From Pseudogymnoascus verrucosus (taxonomy: Eukaryota), in assembly GCA_001662655.1 (NCBI GenBank), contig KV460241.1: a stretch of 64,000 bases of DNA; one strand, written 5' to 3'. A program made the position numbers and the translations under genes. The notes beneath the pieces were generated by a model. It had not been told where the DNA came from, made no database searches, and saw only the letters and a list, made by a program, of their open reading frames with translations. This document shows positions 60,871 through 64,000 of the stretch, piece by piece (the first letter of the stretch is position 1; every line of letters starts with the position of its first letter).

Positions 60871-63110
60871 TGTTATACGAACGTATAATACGACGGAGTC
60901 GGTGGTTTGGGCGGTGATTTGTGCGTTATCTCTGTGCTTTGTGCGGGGGAATAGCTTGTCCCGAGGCAGAATCGAGTAGGTGGTGAGACGGGAGTTGTGC
61001 AGATGCTACTAGAGGAGGAGGAGGGGACCGGCCGGGGGGCGTTTGTACAGCAGCTAGCTAGCCAACTAGGCAGATCGGTATCATCACTCAAAACGGGGTA
61101 AAAATAGCCTCTCCCCTAAAGACTCGTGGCGTAGCCTGGAACGCTTCTTGGATGCTTCTTTGATTTCTTCGATCCCGAGATCCTCCATGCATACTTGTCA
61201 CCTTACTATAGTATGATATTCATTCTCGTCAGGTCTCTTGTCTGTTTCAACTGCACCAACCCCATGGATGGTATCCCCATCTCCCCCTCAACCCCTAACC
61301 CTCAATCTCACCCGCAACACTAACATACCCCAGACTCTCCCCGATCCAGCTTAGCCAACCCCCGTCATAGCGAACATGGGGTCTGGAAGCGGAGAAGGCG
61401 CGCGCGAACCCCGCATTTTGAAGGAGAGATGGCGCCAAGACTACTGAGGGAGCCGAGGTGTCACCGAGGTTCTTTGGTTTACGTCCATCTTATTGGACAA
61501 TACGGCACAAAAAAAACTGGACGACTGAGGTCCGGACCCACCTTTATTTCTTTCCCCGCACTCGCTCGATACAGTACTCCACGCGAGCCAATCTTGTCAG
61601 CCACCTGCAGATTTACCACCTAGCATTCGTTCATATCATCATCATTTACAATACTCATTACAATACTTGCTATTAGTTGTGCAGTGTATTATGCTATAGT
61701 TTGGACTATAGTACTTGTTATTTGCTATACACGGCAGACCAACGATGCCAAGACCTAAGGGAATAGGGGAGTGTGACCGGTCGACCTCTTCCAAGACTCT
61801 CCAAGACGATAGTCCCTGCTAACCCTGGCGTTATTCGATCTTGGCTGCCCCTCTAGTGGGTGATGGGTTGGTGATTGTGACCTATGCAGCATGATTTGCA
61901 CGAGCAACAGTCCAGTTAGCAATCGTCAGTTTCCAGTTGCCAATTCTCGGCCGTCCGAAGGCTGATGTGTGTGATGCATACTGCTGTGCTCATCAGTATT
62001 GTACGTACATCTATACGCCACCATACATTGTCCATTCAAGGAGGAGGGATTCCGACTGGTTATCTTACAAGGCGAATGCTTGTATAGAAACACGCAGACA
62101 CGCTCTAGATGCCGGGAAGTTAAAATGAAAGAGAGACATGTAACTAAGACATGTAAGGTGAGAAATTGAAAAATGTAAGGTGTCAGTTAACTGACAAATT
62201 TCAGCCCACTTCAGTTATCAATATCCACAACCCCTTACTTACCACTCTCTGCCGTATAAACTGAAGGAAGGGGCGAGAGGACTGGTGCGATTTGCGCTCT
62301 AATCCACTTGGAAAGAGCAAACAACGACCACGAAGGGAAGGGACAAGAGAGATGGCGATGCAAGGGGTGGTCAAAGGACCGTGACACCCCTCATTCTCGT
62401 GGTACATTGGCCACAATGCCTCCACATTGCCTCCACACCGTCTCCACGCCTCCACGTCGCCACCACCTCCATGCGCCGCACGACCATCAGAAAAGTACAG
62501 ACTTGCGGCACTCTCCACATGCTTTTCCACTTTCCACATACCTTACTCTCCACATACAGTACTACTCTCCACCTTGTTGTCGCATTATATTGTCATCCCA
62601 CTGCCGCCAAGCCCCCCCCTCAATTACCGCGTCAATTGCCAGGCTAGACTCATCCACCACACATCACACACACTCCCACACACACTCCTCGAACCCAACA
62701 CCCTCAATCCGCATACAATCATCTCTTCTGGTAACAGTTGCGATCGTCGCCCATGCCGCCTCTCTCTCGGCGCCAAGCGCTCTCCCAATCCACTCCCAAT
62801 CCACTTTCTCCAGCTTCTCCAGTTTCTCCAGTCTCCTCCCCCGGTTTCCCCCAGTTCCGTTCCGTGTCATACGTGGATCCCCGAGTACACGTCCCCTCCT
62901 TTCTCCTCTCCTCTCCCATGCGCTGTACCTTCATAAGTAAAGGGTGATCTGCAGTCGTATTTATCCTTTCCAATCTTTATCTCAATCAATCATCTCCTGT
63001 CTCACTCCTCAAAGTCTGACATCTTTCCAACGTTCTTCTCCTTTTCTCTCTTGCCTTGACGCACTCTCACCTCACACACCGGATAGAGTTGACACTGCAA
63101 CCTGCCAACC

Positions 63111-64000
63111 ATGGGGCTCTTCTCCCGCGAAAAGACCGCCGCCGGCACTGAGGTCGCTGCGCCAGAGGTCGCTGACAGCCATGATGGCAAGGCCGGCTCC
63201 GACATGGAGAAGACGGGCATTCACGAGGAGGACATCGTCGCCACCGCTCCAGGCTACGAGGACCCGCGCATCTCCTGCTTCACCCACAAAGAGCAGCGCA
63301 GCATCATGCACCGCGTTGATCGCCGCCTCGTGCTCACCCTCGGCGCCATGTACTGTATCAGTTTGATGGACCGAACCAATTTGAGCGCCGCCAACATTGC
63401 TGGGTGAGTCCGAGTCCAATCCGCCGCGCTTTCGCGATGCGCGCCAATGCTAACCTGCCATCGTAGAATGAGCCGCGACCTCGAATTCAAAGCCACTGGT
63501 ATCGACAGATACAGTGTCATCACCCTCATCTTCTTCATCCCATACGTCATTTGCCAGCCGCCCGCAACAGTCATCATGCGCAAGATCGGCCCCCGCATCT
63601 TCCTCGCTGCCATCACAATCCTCTGGGGCGGCATCATGATTGTAAGCTCCAGCATCCCGCCAATTGGCAAGCAACAGAACCACATAAACTAACACACATG
63701 GCAGGCTTTCGGATTCGTCAAGAACTGGACTGAGATGGTCGGACTGCGCATCATTCTCGGTGTCCTCGAGGCTGGTTTCTTCCCGGGCTGCGTATACCTC
63801 ATGTCGACCTGGTACTCCCGCTTCGAGCTCCAGAAGCGCTACTCGGGCTTCTACCTGATCGGTTCCGGCGCATCTGCTTTCTCCGGTATCCTCGCCTACG
63901 GCCTGATGCAAATGAACGGCCTAGCAGGACTCGAGGGATGGCGCTGGATCTTCATCGTAAGCAGCAACCCCCCCAGCCCGTCTGCGCGCGCGCAACTAAC
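63111..64000 (+). CDS. MFS transporter, anion:cation symporter / allantoate-nicotinate permease family (5' part only)
   Basis: Exons 63111-63403, 63467-63641, 63705-63956, then an intron running off the window. RVDRRL...SLMDRTNLSAANIAGM...FFIPYVICQPP...RIILGVLEAGFFPGCVYLMSTWY...LEGWRWIFI. Confidence 0.92.

Noticed and set aside
61290..61305. CCCTAACCCT, similar to a telomerase RNA template or telomere seed
   Set aside because: Single partial match in a C-rich tract; no tandem TTAGGG array or other telomerase RNA elements seen.

Overview
Gene-dense eukaryotic DNA from a filamentous ascomycete. Evidence: short GT-AG introns with CTAAC/CTGAC branch sites, plus fungal Chs4, NoxB and histone H1 orthologues. 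Composition and protein style suggest a Leotiomycete such as Pseudogymnoascus, which is a tentative inference. I could reconstruct 22 recognisable genes, mostly multi-exon: SWI1-like ARID protein (partial), THYN1/EVE, TSR4/PDCD2L, CHS4/SKT5-like, HOP2, CCCH zinc finger (Cps3/Lee1-like), CHL1, RPL28 (uL15), CDC7, YCS4/CND1, MAM33, TMA16, EXO1, ARI1/HEL1, MSS4, histone H1, FEN1, GCDH, UBC4, NOXB, D-lactate dehydrogenase and a partial MFS (allantoate/ACS-type) transporter. There is also one orphan ORF and several local repeats. I found no transposon, CRISPR array, tRNA or rRNA, and no clearly new multi-gene system. The most interesting signals are in gene architecture and regulation: a 5-nt microexon carrying a catalytic Asp of FEN1; a CaaX box split by an intron in CHS4; a stop-free in-frame intron in YCS4; an AUG-less NLS-bearing extension upstream of ARI1; a splice-dependent uORF in SWI1; strong intronic hairpins in UBC4 and RPL28; MCB-like motifs inside H1 introns; a concentration of chromosome-maintenance genes; a 200-bp-period repeat array beside the orphan ORF; and alternating C-rich/G-rich blocks along coding strands. 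Splice models and family calls were made by eye without database searches.
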